A program made the position numbers and the translations under genes. The notes beneath the pieces are model-generated. The model worked only from the letters and a program-made list of their open reading frames with translations. It had not been told where the DNA came from and ran no database searches. From an uncultured Actinomycetota bacterium (GTDB lineage Bacteria > Actinomycetota > Geothermincolia > Geothermincolales > RBG-13-55-18): a stretch of DNA of 64,000 nt. The stretch spans positions 9,993 to 73,992 of the forward strand of contig CAZGWK010000008.1 in assembly GCA_964529285.1 (NCBI GenBank), read 5' to 3'. Shown one piece after another: positions 51,795 to 61,459 of the stretch (positions within the stretch are counted from its first letter, which is position 1; the number at the start of each line of letters is the position of its first letter).

Positions 51795-52578
51795 CGCCTC
51801 TCAACTCCGTCAGGGTCCGTTCCGCGTCGTCCTGTATCGCCAGGGACTCTCCCACCAGGATGGCGTCCACTCCCAGGGCGGGGAGGCCCGCCGTCTGTTC
51901 GCGGCTCCTGTAGCCGCTCTCGCTTACCAGCACCCTCTCCCGCGGCACCAGCGGGGCGAGCCTGAGCGTGGTAGCGAGGTCCACCGCGAGGGAACGGAGA
52001 TCGCGGTTGTTTATTCCGATGATGGCCGCACCCGCTTCCAGGGCGCCCCCGAGCTCGGCTTCGTCGTGCACTTCGACCAGGGCGTCCAGGCCCAGTGCCT
52101 CGGCTTCACGCAGCATGCGCGGCAGCTCGTATCCCGCAAGGAGTGCGGCGATGAGCAGCACTGCGCTCGCTCCCGCTGCCCGCGCCTCCAGGAGCTGGTA
52201 GGGGTCGATGATGAAATCCTTGCGCAGCAGCGGCAGCGCGGTGGCCGCGCGCGCCAGCGCGAGGTCCTGCATGCTTCCCCCGAAGAACTCCGGTTCCGTG
52301 AGTACCGATACCGCGCATGCTCCGCCTCGTTCGTAGGTTCTCGCGACCTCGCCGGCGCGCAGGTCCGGCCTTATGGCTCCGCGCGAAGGTGAACGGCGCT
52401 TTATTTCGGCGATTACTTTTATGCCCTCTTTCGCGTCTCGCCGCACGGCGCGGCGAAAGGAGGGCGGTGCGGGGCTCGCGGCACAGGCCTCCCGCAGCGA
52501 CTCCCCGGGGTTCTCCAGCTTGCTGCGCTCCAGGCGCCTCGCGGTCGACGCGGCCGCTGCCTCGATAAACATTGTCAT
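51775..52578 (-). CDS. trpC: indole-3-glycerol-phosphate synthase
   Basis: IAEIKRRSPSRG...SVLTEPEFFGGS... IGPS signatures. Its ATG shares one base with the trpD stop (TGATG). The ORF-track start at 52776 is an upstream read-through. Confidence 0.88.
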   Translation of the reverse strand: MTMFIEAAAASTARRLERSKLENPGESLREACAASPAPPSFRRAVRRDAKEGIKVIAEIKRRSPSRGAIRPDLRAGEVARTYERGGACAVSVLTEPEFFGGSMQDLALARAATALPLLRKDFIIDPYQLLEARAAGASAVLLIAALLAGYELPRMLREAEALGLDALVEVHDEAELGGALEAGAAIIGINNRDLRSLAVDLATTLRLAPLVPRERVLVSESGYRSREQTAGLPALGVDAILVGESLAIQDDAERTLTELRGGGQVVA

Positions 52579-53630
52579 CAGCCCCCCGCGCCGCTGCGGG
52601 CGGCGCTTGCGGGCAGGGCGCTGGCGAAACTTGCCAGTTCCTCCAGCTTGCCCATGGCCGCCCCCGAGTCTACGGACTGCTCGGCCAGGTAAAGTCCCTC
52701 CGTAAGGCCGCCCGCCTCGCCGGCCACCACTATGGCCGCGGCGGCGTTGAGCACGGCGATGTCCCGGCACGGGCATTTGCGCCCAGCCAGGACCTCTTCC
52801 CTGATGATGCGCGCGTTAACCTGCGCCGAGCCGCCTCCCGCCAGGTCCCGCAGGGATGCATGCGCGATCCCCAGGGATTCGGGCTCGCAGCGGAAGGAGC
52901 GCATCCCCTGCGGACTTATGTCCCATACCAGGGTGGGGGAGGTGGTGGAGAACTCGTCCATGCCGTCCTCCGCGTGTACCACCATGGCCCGCCGGCTGCC
53001 CAGTTCCGCCAGCGCCTCCGCCAGGAGGGGCGCTTTCTCGCGGGATCCGACCCCCAGTACCTGGGATTCCGCGCCCGCGGGATTGGCCAGCGGCCCCAGC
53101 AGGTTGAAGGCGGTGGGTATCCCCATCTCCCGCCGCGCGCGCATCACGTGGCGCATGGCGGGATGGAAGGAAGGAGCGAAGAGGAAACCGATCCCGACTC
53201 TCTCTATGCATTCCCGCACCTCGTCGGCCGAGAGCGTGATGTCCACGCCCAGTGCTTCCAGGACGTCGGCGCTCCCGCAAGCCGAGCTCACCGCGCGGTT
53301 TCCGTGCTTGGCGATATAAACGCCCGCGCCGGCGGCGATGAAAGCGGCGGCGGTGGAGATATTGAAGGTGGACAGACCGTCGCCCCCGGTGCCGCAGGTA
53401 TCTACCAGCGGAGCGGCCGCGGGACGGATGCACGTGGCCACCTCGCGCATGCCCTGCGCGAAACCCGCCAGTTCCTGCACCGTCTCGCCCCGCATCTTGA
53501 GCGCAGTGAGCATTGCCGCTATCTGAGCATCGCTCGCCTCGCCCTGCATGAGAAAGAGCATGGCCTCGCGGGCTTCCTCCCTGCCGAAGCACTCTCCCGC
53601 GGTCAGCCGGGATATCATCTGTGCGATCAT
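52578..53630 (-). CDS. trpD: anthranilate phosphoribosyltransferase
   Basis: LVDTCGTGGDG motif and the glycosyltransferase family 3 fold. ATGA overlap with the trpG stop. Confidence 0.9.
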   Translation of the reverse strand: MIAQMISRLTAGECFGREEAREAMLFLMQGEASDAQIAAMLTALKMRGETVQELAGFAQGMREVATCIRPAAAPLVDTCGTGGDGLSTFNISTAAAFIAAGAGVYIAKHGNRAVSSACGSADVLEALGVDITLSADEVRECIERVGIGFLFAPSFHPAMRHVMRARREMGIPTAFNLLGPLANPAGAESQVLGVGSREKAPLLAEALAELGSRRAMVVHAEDGMDEFSTTSPTLVWDISPQGMRSFRCEPESLGIAHASLRDLAGGGSAQVNARIIREEVLAGRKCPCRDIAVLNAAAAIVVAGEAGGLTEGLYLAEQSVDSGAAMGKLEELASFASALPASAARSGAGG

Positions 53631-54202
53631 CGTCCCACCTCCATGGCCAGGAAGTTGCCGAGCAGTGCATCGCCCCACGGGGTGAGGATCGACTCCGGGT
53701 GGAACTGGACTCCCTCCACCGCCATGCGGCGGTGCCGTACGCCCATCACCAGCCCGTCCTCCGATCGCGCACTGACGTCCAGATCGCCCGGGATATCTTC
53801 GAGGATAAGGGAATGGTAGCGGGTGGCGGTAAAGGGGTTTTCCAGGCCGTGAAAAATAGTGTTCGCGTCGTGCGAGATGCTGGAGACCTTCCCGTGCACG
53901 GGGCGCGGCGCTCTCACCAGGCTGGCGCCGAAGAATTGCCCTATGGCCTGATGGCCGAGGCAGACGCCCAGGATAGGGATATCGCCCGCGAAGAGACCTA
54001 CCGCGTCCAGGGTGATCCCCGAAGCGGCCGGTGTGCCGGGGCCTGGCGAGATGACCAGGTGGGTAGGAGCGAAGCTCGCGAGCTCGCCGGCCGTGGCGCC
54101 GTCGTTGCGCAACGTAACCACCTCCGCCCCCAGTACCTCCAGGGCCTGGGCCAGGTTAAAGGTGAAGGAATCGTAATTGTCGATGAGAAGCACCCTGTTC
54201 AT
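53627..54202 (-). CDS. trpG: anthranilate synthase component II (glutamine amidotransferase)
   Basis: LLIDNYDSFTFNL, GVCLGHQ catalytic Cys, HPES His-Glu. Confidence 0.9.
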   Translation of the reverse strand: MNRVLLIDNYDSFTFNLAQALEVLGAEVVTLRNDGATAGELASFAPTHLVISPGPGTPAASGITLDAVGLFAGDIPILGVCLGHQAIGQFFGASLVRAPRPVHGKVSSISHDANTIFHGLENPFTATRYHSLILEDIPGDLDVSARSEDGLVMGVRHRRMAVEGVQFHPESILTPWGDALLGNFLAMEVGR

Positions 54203-55755
54203 AACCGCACCCCCTCCCTCGCCTCCGCCAGGCGCACCGCGCGCAGGAGCGCCCGCGCCTTGTTGCGGGTCTCCTCGTATTCACGCGCGGGGTCGGAATC
54301 GGCGACCACGCCGCCGCCCGCCTGCACGTGGGCGTAGCCGCCGTGGGCGAGCATGGTACGGATGGCGATGCAGGTATCCATGTCCCCGCTGTAGGAGATG
54401 TACCCCACGGCGCCGGCGTAGGGTCCGCGGCGGTCCTTCTCCAGCTCGTCGATGATCTCGCAGGCGCGTATCTTCGGCGCGCCCGATACCGTGCCGGCGG
54501 GGAAAGAGGACGCCAGCAGCTCGCGGTTGCCGCACCCGGGCCGCAGCTCGCCGCTCACCTCGCTCACCAGGTGCATGACGTGCGAGAAGCGCTCCACCTC
54601 CATCATGCGGTCCACGCGCACGGAACCCGGCCTGCACACCCGGCCCAGATCGTTGCGGGCCAGGTCCACGAGCATCACGTGTTCCGCCCGTTCCTTGGCG
54701 TCGCCCAGCAGCTGCTCCTCCATGGCTGCGTCCTCCCGCTGCGTGCTTCCGCGGGGACGCGTGCCCGCGATGGGCCGGATGACCGCGCGGCCGCCGTACT
54801 GGCGCACCAGGGGCTCCGGCGAGGAGCCGATGAGGCTGAGGCCGCCGAAGCGCAGAAAGAACATGTAAGGGGACGGGTTCTCCGAGCGCAGGTTGCGGTA
54901 GACGGAGAAAGGGGAGCAGCGCAGGGGGAACGAGAAGCGCTGCGAGGGCACCACCTGGAAGGCATCCCCGGCGTAGATATATTCCCTGGCGCGCTCCACC
55001 ACCGCCTCGTACTCCTCGCGCGTGAAATTGGAGCTGACGCCCTGGAAGTCGGTCTCCTGCGAGAGGAAATAGACGTCCGAGGAGGCGTCGCGCGGCACGC
55101 TCGCGCAAAGAGAGGCCGCCATGGATTCCAGGGAGGCGATAGCCCGGCGGTAGAGATCGCGCAGCTCTCCTTCGCCGCCCTGCGGCGGTACGCTTACGTT
55201 GGCCATGAGGACCAGGCGGCCCGCCAGGTGATCGAAGGCGGCCGAGGTGCGGGTGAACATGAACATCATCTCCGGCAGCCCCAACCCGCCACGTGCCGCC
55301 AGCTCTATGCTTTCCATGTAAGGCAGCATGTCGTACGAGATGTAGCCTACCGCCCCGCCCCGGAAAGGCAGCCCGCCGCCCCCGTCGCTGGCGTCGAAAG
55401 TACCCATGGTATCGAAAAGGTAATCGACGGGGTTGACTCCGGCGGGGGCCATTGCCGTCCCCAGGGGGAAGTCCAACCTGCCGCCGCGGCAGCGCAGCAC
55501 CGCTTGCGGCTCGCAGCCGATGAACGAATACCGGCCCCAGCGCTCTCCGCCTTCCGCGCTCTCCAGCAGGAACGAATAGCTGCCTGCGCCCAGCTTCATG
55601 AAGGCGGTTACCGGGGTTTCGGTATCGGCGCTCACCGTGCGCGATACGGTGACCAGGTTGTGCCACTGGGCTTCGTCCATGAACTCCTCTTCGCCCGGGT
55701 AGTAGAGTCCGGGCGTCCCGTTGCGCGTGCCGTAGTCGCATGAATATGTCTTCAA
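54199..55755 (-). CDS. trpE: anthranilate synthase component I
   Basis: Chorismate-binding domain (GAVGYISYD..., GTVSGAPKIRA). TTG start 5 nt after GAGGAGGAGG. The + strand ORF 54328..55743 is an antisense shadow. Confidence 0.92.
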   Translation of the reverse strand: MKTYSCDYGTRNGTPGLYYPGEEEFMDEAQWHNLVTVSRTVSADTETPVTAFMKLGAGSYSFLLESAEGGERWGRYSFIGCEPQAVLRCRGGRLDFPLGTAMAPAGVNPVDYLFDTMGTFDASDGGGGLPFRGGAVGYISYDMLPYMESIELAARGGLGLPEMMFMFTRTSAAFDHLAGRLVLMANVSVPPQGGEGELRDLYRRAIASLESMAASLCASVPRDASSDVYFLSQETDFQGVSSNFTREEYEAVVERAREYIYAGDAFQVVPSQRFSFPLRCSPFSVYRNLRSENPSPYMFFLRFGGLSLIGSSPEPLVRQYGGRAVIRPIAGTRPRGSTQREDAAMEEQLLGDAKERAEHVMLVDLARNDLGRVCRPGSVRVDRMMEVERFSHVMHLVSEVSGELRPGCGNRELLASSFPAGTVSGAPKIRACEIIDELEKDRRGPYAGAVGYISYSGDMDTCIAIRTMLAHGGYAHVQAGGGVVADSDPAREYEETRNKARALLRAVRLAEAREGVRL

Positions 55756-55784
55756 GTCAACCTCCTCCTCGAGCTCACAATAAA

Positions 55785-55864
55785 AGGCCGTGTACCCGGG
55801 TACACGGCCTCAATCGGGTGGGAATACAGAAAGGCCGTGACCCCTTCTGGGAGGATTCACGGCC
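55785..55864 (-). promoter_or_regulatory. trpE leader with two hairpins that share GGCCGTG arms (55833-55864 and 55785-55810, the latter followed by TTTTATT on the - strand): a candidate attenuator with terminator and anti-terminator alternatives
   Basis: Hairpins and the U-tract are read directly on the - strand. The proximal hairpin ends ~10 nt before the trpE SD. The mechanism (TRAP, T-box or ribosome-mediated) is not identifiable by eye. Confidence 0.4.
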
Positions 55865-56002
55865 TTTTCTTACTTACGTACTATTTTCGAGAACGTTGCA
55901 GCCGGAGCCCTCTCTATGAGGGGCTCCACCACCATCGGTAAATACACAAGTTCTCTTTCATAGTGGTTGAGATTGTAGGTCAAAAACCAAAACCTGTCAA
56001 CC

Positions 56003-56118
56003 GGTGTCAGCCCTCCACATCCTACACGATGCGACAAAGCCCTCATCTGCCCCATACATTTACACCGTGTGAGTTGTTGAGGCCTGACCCTCAGTGTTGA
56101 TAATGGAGGGCTGACCCC
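56003..56118. repeat. GGGGTCAG-family repeat cluster between trpE and the thiolase gene (degenerate copy 56003-56022, short unit 56073-56093, full inverted copy TGTTGATAATGGAGGGCTGACCCC 56095-56118)
   Basis: One mismatch to the 27.3 kb copy. The CTGACCCCCGGTCAG mini-palindrome abuts the thiolase stop codon. Confidence 0.7.
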
Positions 56119-56121
56119 CGG

Positions 56122-57360
56122 TCAGACGGTTTCCACTATCGTCGCTATGCCCACGCCTCCTCCGCCGCACAGGGTCTGCAGGCCGTACTTCAGGTCGTTG
56201 CGCATCATGTGATGGACCATCTCGGTGAAGTAGAGGACGCCGGTGCAGCCGATGGGATGTCCAATGGCGCATGCGCCCCCCGTGGGGTTGATGCGCGGGT
56301 CGGCGAACTCGATGCCGAACTCGCTGCAGAAAGCCAAAACCGGCGGCACGAAGGCCTCGTTGGGCTCGAAGACGTCCATGTCGTCCATGGTCTTCTTCGC
56401 GCGGTCGAGGGCCTTGTGCATCGCGGGAACGGGCCCCAGCAGCATGATGAGTGGCTCGGAGCCGGCAACGGCGGTGGATACTATGCGCACCATCGGCTCC
56501 AGCCCGAGCTTCTCCGCCTTCTCCGCGGTCATGAGCATCACCGCGGCGGCACCGTCAACTATGGCCGAGGAAGTCGCAGCGGTCACCGTCCCGTCTTCCC
56601 GGAACCGCGGGGGCAGGGAGGCTATCTTCGCCAGGGCGGCGTCCGGGTCGTCCACCGCCTGCGCGCGCGGGGGTTCGTCGAACCCCACCAGCGTTTTCTC
56701 TCCGCCCTCCCCGTCCACCTCGACCGCTACCACGCGCCTGCGGTAGCTCTCCTCGTCGCGCATGGCCAGGACCGCCTTCTGGTGGCTCCACAGCGCGAAG
56801 CGGTCCATGTCGTCGCGGTCGAGTTCGTAGCGGTCGGCCAGCATCTGTGCGCTCACGCCCATGGGGGCCAGGGCGGCGCGCTCGATGGCGCGGGGATGGA
56901 GGGTTACGGACATGCCCGCCTGCATGGCCGCCTGCAGGTCCGAGCCCATGCCGTAGTGGCTCATGTTCTCCACACCGGCAGCGACGGCGATGTCTCCGGC
57001 CCCGCACATGAGGGCGTGGGCCTGTGAGTTGATCGCCTGCAGGCCCGCGTTGCAGTAGCGGTTGACCGTCCAGCCTGCGACTTCCTCCGGGAAGTCGGCG
57101 GCGAGCAGGCCGACGCGGCCTACGTTGAGCCCCTGCTCTCCTATCTGGCTGAGACATCCCACGGCGACGTCTTCGATCTCGACTTCATCGAACCCCGGCG
57201 CCCTTTCCTTCACCTTGTCAACCAGTCCCCGCAGCGCGGCGACCAGCAGGTTCTGGGCGGAAACGCCCGAGAAGACACCGCCCTTGGCAGCGCCCGCCCA
57301 ACCGGACCTGCCCGTCGGGGTGCGCACGGCTTCAACCACAACGACTTCCTTGAGTTCCAT
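56122..57360 (-). CDS. acetyl-CoA C-acetyltransferase (thiolase)
   Basis: ATG at 57360 after AAGGAGGG. MELKEVVVVEAVRTPTGR..., active-site Cys region and the C-terminal GGGxG thiolase signature (CGGGGVG). Confidence 0.9.
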   Translation of the reverse strand: MELKEVVVVEAVRTPTGRSGWAGAAKGGVFSGVSAQNLLVAALRGLVDKVKERAPGFDEVEIEDVAVGCLSQIGEQGLNVGRVGLLAADFPEEVAGWTVNRYCNAGLQAINSQAHALMCGAGDIAVAAGVENMSHYGMGSDLQAAMQAGMSVTLHPRAIERAALAPMGVSAQMLADRYELDRDDMDRFALWSHQKAVLAMRDEESYRRRVVAVEVDGEGGEKTLVGFDEPPRAQAVDDPDAALAKIASLPPRFREDGTVTAATSSAIVDGAAAVMLMTAEKAEKLGLEPMVRIVSTAVAGSEPLIMLLGPVPAMHKALDRAKKTMDDMDVFEPNEAFVPPVLAFCSEFGIEFADPRINPTGGACAIGHPIGCTGVLYFTEMVHHMMRNDLKYGLQTLCGGGGVGIATIVETV

Positions 57361-57427
57361 GTGCCCTCCTTGTTCTTTAAACCCCTCCCGTACCATGACC
57401 AGGCGAGTTCTCACGCCGTTATCTCTG

Positions 57428-59287
57428 TTACCCTTTTCTTTCCACGTCTTTCCAGTAAAGCTTCTCCAGTTCTCTCTTTATGATCTTTCCATCTATGTGG
57501 CGGGGGAGTTCGAGGAAGAAGTCCACCAGGGCCGGGAGCATGTATCCGTGCAGGCCTTCCTCCGCGCAGAAGGCGAGGATCTCCTCTGAACTCGCCCCCT
57601 TCCCTTCGTGCAGCTGCACGCAGGCGATGGCCACCTCCCCCAGGTCGGGATGGGGCATGCTCACCACCGCCGCGTCGAAGACCACGGGATGGCGCAGGAT
57701 GACTCCCTCTATCTCCAGGGGATAGATGTTCACGCCGGCGGTTATGATCATCTCCTTCAACCTGCTCGTGAGGTAGAGGAAGCCGTCCTCGTCCATGTAG
57801 CCCAGCAGGCCGTCGTCGTACCATTCCCGGCCGTCGATGATGCGGATGGACTCGTGCAGTTTGTCCTCGGAACCGGGATAGCGCAAGGCGAGGGTGGAGG
57901 CGGTACGGCCCATGACCTTCCCTATTTCGTTGGGGCCGGCCCACCTGCCCTCCTCTGCGATGAAGATACCGAGGTCGCCGCAGCGCGCCTTGCCCACGCT
58001 GTTTATCCTCTGCGGTTTCTCCTCGTAGTCCTCGGGCAGCAGTACGGTGATGATGGCCGTCTCCGAGCTGCCGTAGTACTCGCTGAAGACGGGATCCGGC
58101 GCGCCGCGCCGCGCGAACAGCTCGTTGATGTCTTTTTTCACCTGCGGCGGGCAGGGAGCCGCGGCGCATATGACGGAGCGCATGGAGCCCAGCCAGTATT
58201 TCTCCTTCACCTCTTCGGGCAGCGCCAGCACGCGTTGCAGGATGGTGGGGGCGACGAATACCCAGTTGATGCGCTCGGCCTCTATGAGACGCAGGAACTC
58301 CTCGGCGTCGAACTTGCGCATGAACACGCCGGTGGCCCCCAGCATGAAACACGGTGCCCAGCCCGCGGCCGTTCCGGCATGATACACGGGAGTGACGATG
58401 AGGGACCTGATGTTCTTGGTGACGGGGTCGCATATGCGGTCTCCGCCGAACCAGTAGAAGTAACTGAAGGCCCTGGAGGTGTAGGGGAGAAAGTTCTCGA
58501 AGGTCTCCCTCGGTGCTTCCGCCAGGTCGGAGAGGGCATAGCTCAGGCTGTCGTAGAGGTTCGAGCTCTTGGGTATGCCGGTGGTCCCGCCGGTGTAGGG
58601 GTTGAGGGAGGCGAGGAAATTGACGTCGGGCCGCGTGGCGGGAGCCTTGCTCAGCAGTTCCTCGTAGGAGAGCATCCCCTGCGGGGGAGGCCCGCCGGTG
58701 CCCAGCACGACGAAATGCTCGATGCCCTCCAGGCCGCCCTTGATCTTCAGGACTTCCTCCAGGAGGTCCGCGTCGAAGATAAAGACCCTGGGCTTACGCA
58801 GGTTGATGGTCTTACACAGCTCCTCTCCCGTGAGGTGCCAGTTGACGAAGGGCATGGGCGCGCCGATGAGGCTCGTGGCGTTGAGGATCTCCAGGAAAGC
58901 GGCGCTGTTGTAGATCATCGTGGCCACGCGGTCCTTGGGTCTTACGCCCAACCCCTGAAGCGCGTTAGCCAGCCTCAGCACGCGGTCCTTGAGCTGGCGG
59001 TAGGTGAGCCTCGTGTCGCCGTCCACCGCCGCCTCGCGGTCGCCTAAGACGTCCCACGTACCCAGGGACCAGTTGGGGACGATCTTTCCCACCTTGAGCT
59101 TGCCCAGGTCGCGCAGGTTTTTAAGCAGGCCCTCACCCCCGGAAAATATCTTCCATATTATTCTGAGGGTGTTTCCGCCCCCGCCCCACTGCTGTTTGAA
59201 GGTCCTCCCCAGGCCCTTCGTCTCCTCCATGCGCATGAAGGTAGGCAGGGCCCGCATCAAGCCTGTCAGAGTCTTTTCCGCCTGCAT
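57428..59287 (-). CDS. AMP-dependent synthetase/ligase (acyl-CoA synthetase family)
   Basis: ATG at 59287, 8 nt after AAAGGGGG. The AMP-binding motif YTGGTTGIPK. 619 aa. The + strand ORF 57608..59047 is an antisense shadow. Confidence 0.85.
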   Translation of the reverse strand: MQAEKTLTGLMRALPTFMRMEETKGLGRTFKQQWGGGGNTLRIIWKIFSGGEGLLKNLRDLGKLKVGKIVPNWSLGTWDVLGDREAAVDGDTRLTYRQLKDRVLRLANALQGLGVRPKDRVATMIYNSAAFLEILNATSLIGAPMPFVNWHLTGEELCKTINLRKPRVFIFDADLLEEVLKIKGGLEGIEHFVVLGTGGPPPQGMLSYEELLSKAPATRPDVNFLASLNPYTGGTTGIPKSSNLYDSLSYALSDLAEAPRETFENFLPYTSRAFSYFYWFGGDRICDPVTKNIRSLIVTPVYHAGTAAGWAPCFMLGATGVFMRKFDAEEFLRLIEAERINWVFVAPTILQRVLALPEEVKEKYWLGSMRSVICAAAPCPPQVKKDINELFARRGAPDPVFSEYYGSSETAIITVLLPEDYEEKPQRINSVGKARCGDLGIFIAEEGRWAGPNEIGKVMGRTASTLALRYPGSEDKLHESIRIIDGREWYDDGLLGYMDEDGFLYLTSRLKEMIITAGVNIYPLEIEGVILRHPVVFDAAVVSMPHPDLGEVAIACVQLHEGKGASSEEILAFCAEEGLHGYMLPALVDFFLELPRHIDGKIIKRELEKLYWKDVERKG

Positions 59288-59518
59288 GTTAATGACCCCC
59301 TTTGTACCGGTCTGCAGACAAGGGACATACCTGCGAGTGCGATCATCCTTTGCGATGCGGTTGCCGTATGGGGTGAGTTGGATGGGGCTGCGACAGTTGC
59401 TCCGGTATCCCAAGGATAATACAGGAGTCGGAGATAATCTATAAGATTCGCTAAAAGCAGGCTGCCGTACCCGATGCAGTACAACGGGGATGCGGCATGT
59501 ATATAAGCGGATGAGCGG

Positions 59519-59923
59519 TCAGGTAATGGGCTGCTGCCCCAGTGACTGCAGCAGCAGGTTCACGTTACCCCGCGCCGTCTTGCGCGGGAGCGACCCGGTG
59601 AATCCCCCGGAGTCCAGGCGCAATTCCTCGGGCATGAGCATCAAGGTGAATATGCGCGTGAAGAGGGGCACCCATACGTATGCCTCGAGGCGGTAGCCGG
59701 CGCCGGTATAGGTCACCTGCAGCCTCTGGGGAGCGACCAGGAAACCCTCGCCCCTCTGATAGAGCCTGGACGCCTGGTCTTGGGCGACCAGCCTGTAGCC
59801 GGTCTGCTGTGCCCATCCATCCACTATCTGCCAGAGATCGGATCCCGCCGTGAACTCCCTTACCGTCCTGCCCCTTACCGGCACTTCCTTACCTCCCTGT
59901 TCCGTCGAGAAGGTTTCATGCAT
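59519..59923 (-). CDS. hypothetical protein (about 120-134 aa)
   Basis: ORF with protein-like composition. An internal GTG at 59881 follows GGGAGGTAAGGAA and may be the true start. Confidence 0.35.
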   Translation of the reverse strand: MHETFSTEQGGKEVPVRGRTVREFTAGSDLWQIVDGWAQQTGYRLVAQDQASRLYQRGEGFLVAPQRLQVTYTGAGYRLEAYVWVPLFTRIFTLMLMPEELRLDSGGFTGSLPRKTARGNVNLLLQSLGQQPIT

Positions 59924-60074
59924 ATATTATTATCGCACAAAAACTCCCGCGGCCATGGCAATGAAGACCGCGGGAGGCCGCCCATATATAATAAGGAAAT
60001 ATCCGGGACGACATGCTATATAGGGTTGTCGGGCTGGTCTTTGCAGCTACCTTTTTTACGGGGGGAGGGGCTTT

Positions 60075-61391
60075 ATGGCTTCGATCGAGGACAGGATCAA
60101 GGATTTCGTGCGTGCCCGCGGGGTCGACGTGGTCGGCATCGCGGGGCCGGAACGGCTGGACGGGCCACCATCCCTCGACCTCTCCTATACCATGCCGGGT
60201 GCGAGGTCGGTGATATCCATGGCCTTGCCCATGCACGCGGGCGCTATCTACGATTTTCTCAGCAAGCGCTCGCCCGCCCCCCACAACCTTGACCAGTTCT
60301 TGAATTACCAGCGCCTGCAGCGCATCGGGAAGGAGCTGGCCGACTTCCTCGTGTCGTGCGGCCACCGCGCCGTGGGGGTTCCCCTCAGCGCGGATTACCG
60401 CCGCGCCGTTTACGTCTTCCGGCCGCGTCCGGCTTTCTCGCTGCGCCTGGGGGCCATGGCCTCGGGCGCGGGCGGGCAGGGGTGGAGCGGCAACCTGATG
60501 ACGAAGGAATACGGCGCCTCGATATACCTCGGTGCGGTCCTCAGCGATGCCGCCCTGGAGAGCGATCCGGCGCTACCGCCCCGTTATTTCACCGATGACT
60601 ACTGCGCGAAGTGCAAGCGCTGCGCCAGGTCCTGTCCCAGCCGCATGTTCGACGCGAAGGAGGAAGAGTACATTCTGCTCAACGGAGAGCTGCACCCGCG
60701 CGGCCGCCGCAACAACATCGATCTCTGCCACATCTCCTGTTTCGGCCTGCACAGCCTGAGCGCGGACAAACGCTATTCCAACTGGGGCCTGCACTGGATC
60801 GAATCGTGGGTGGATAAGCCGCCCGACGGCGGGAACCCGCTCAAGCTGATCTCGCAAATGTTCAAGCGCGGCCTGACGGCGGGGGACGCATGGCCCCGCT
60901 TCGATGTGCTGCGTGTTCTGTGCAGCAGGCTCTGGCCGCAGGAGACCCTGGAGGGCATCCCTGAGCTCGAGGACCTTCCAGAGGACGAGTCAGAGCGCTA
61001 CCGCATCCTGGCGGAGTTCGCAAGGAGAATGGGTATAAGCGGTATAGACGCCTATCCCGTCCCCATGATCTGCGGACAGTGCGCACTGGTGTGCGGGCCC
61101 ACCCTGGAGGAGACCGCGGAGAGGTACCGAGCCCTTGCGGAGTCCGGCATCGTGGTGCCGGGGCCGGGCGGTCGCATGACCCGGGTGGATACCTTCGAGG
61201 AGGCGCAGGAGATGCGCCGCTGCTATCCCCTGCGCATCAGTGCCAGCCGCAAGGTGAAGGACGCCCTCGCTTCGATATATCACTGGCACCTTTATTACTG
61301 CGGTTTCGAGCCCAGGTCGTTCGTGCAGTCCAGGGCATACAGCCTGAGGTTGCGCAGGGCGGTACGCGAGCGGCGTAGAAAGGAACCATAG
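60075..61391 (+). CDS. 4Fe-4S ferredoxin-domain protein, QueG / reductive-dehalogenase-like
   Basis: SD GGGGGAGGGG. CAKCKRCARSCP (CxxCxxCxxxCP) cluster motif. The N-terminal region resembles the DUF1730 / QueG N-terminus. Further Cys pairs at CGQCALVCGP. Confidence 0.5.
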   Translation: MASIEDRIKDFVRARGVDVVGIAGPERLDGPPSLDLSYTMPGARSVISMALPMHAGAIYDFLSKRSPAPHNLDQFLNYQRLQRIGKELADFLVSCGHRAVGVPLSADYRRAVYVFRPRPAFSLRLGAMASGAGGQGWSGNLMTKEYGASIYLGAVLSDAALESDPALPPRYFTDDYCAKCKRCARSCPSRMFDAKEEEYILLNGELHPRGRRNNIDLCHISCFGLHSLSADKRYSNWGLHWIESWVDKPPDGGNPLKLISQMFKRGLTAGDAWPRFDVLRVLCSRLWPQETLEGIPELEDLPEDESERYRILAEFARRMGISGIDAYPVPMICGQCALVCGPTLEETAERYRALAESGIVVPGPGGRMTRVDTFEEAQEMRRCYPLRISASRKVKDALASIYHWHLYYCGFEPRSFVQSRAYSLRLRRAVRERRRKEP

Positions 61392-61459
61392 GTTCCGGCT
61401 CTCAAGAAGGAGTGACGCGCGTGAGGGGGACTGTCCTTGTCAGAAAAGAGGTATAAGAA

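Noticed and set aside
55870-56055. 61 aa - strand ORF in the trpE leader as a Trp-rich leader peptide
   Set aside because: It has only two non-adjacent Trp codons and no RBS. It overlaps the repeat elements and is more likely non-coding.
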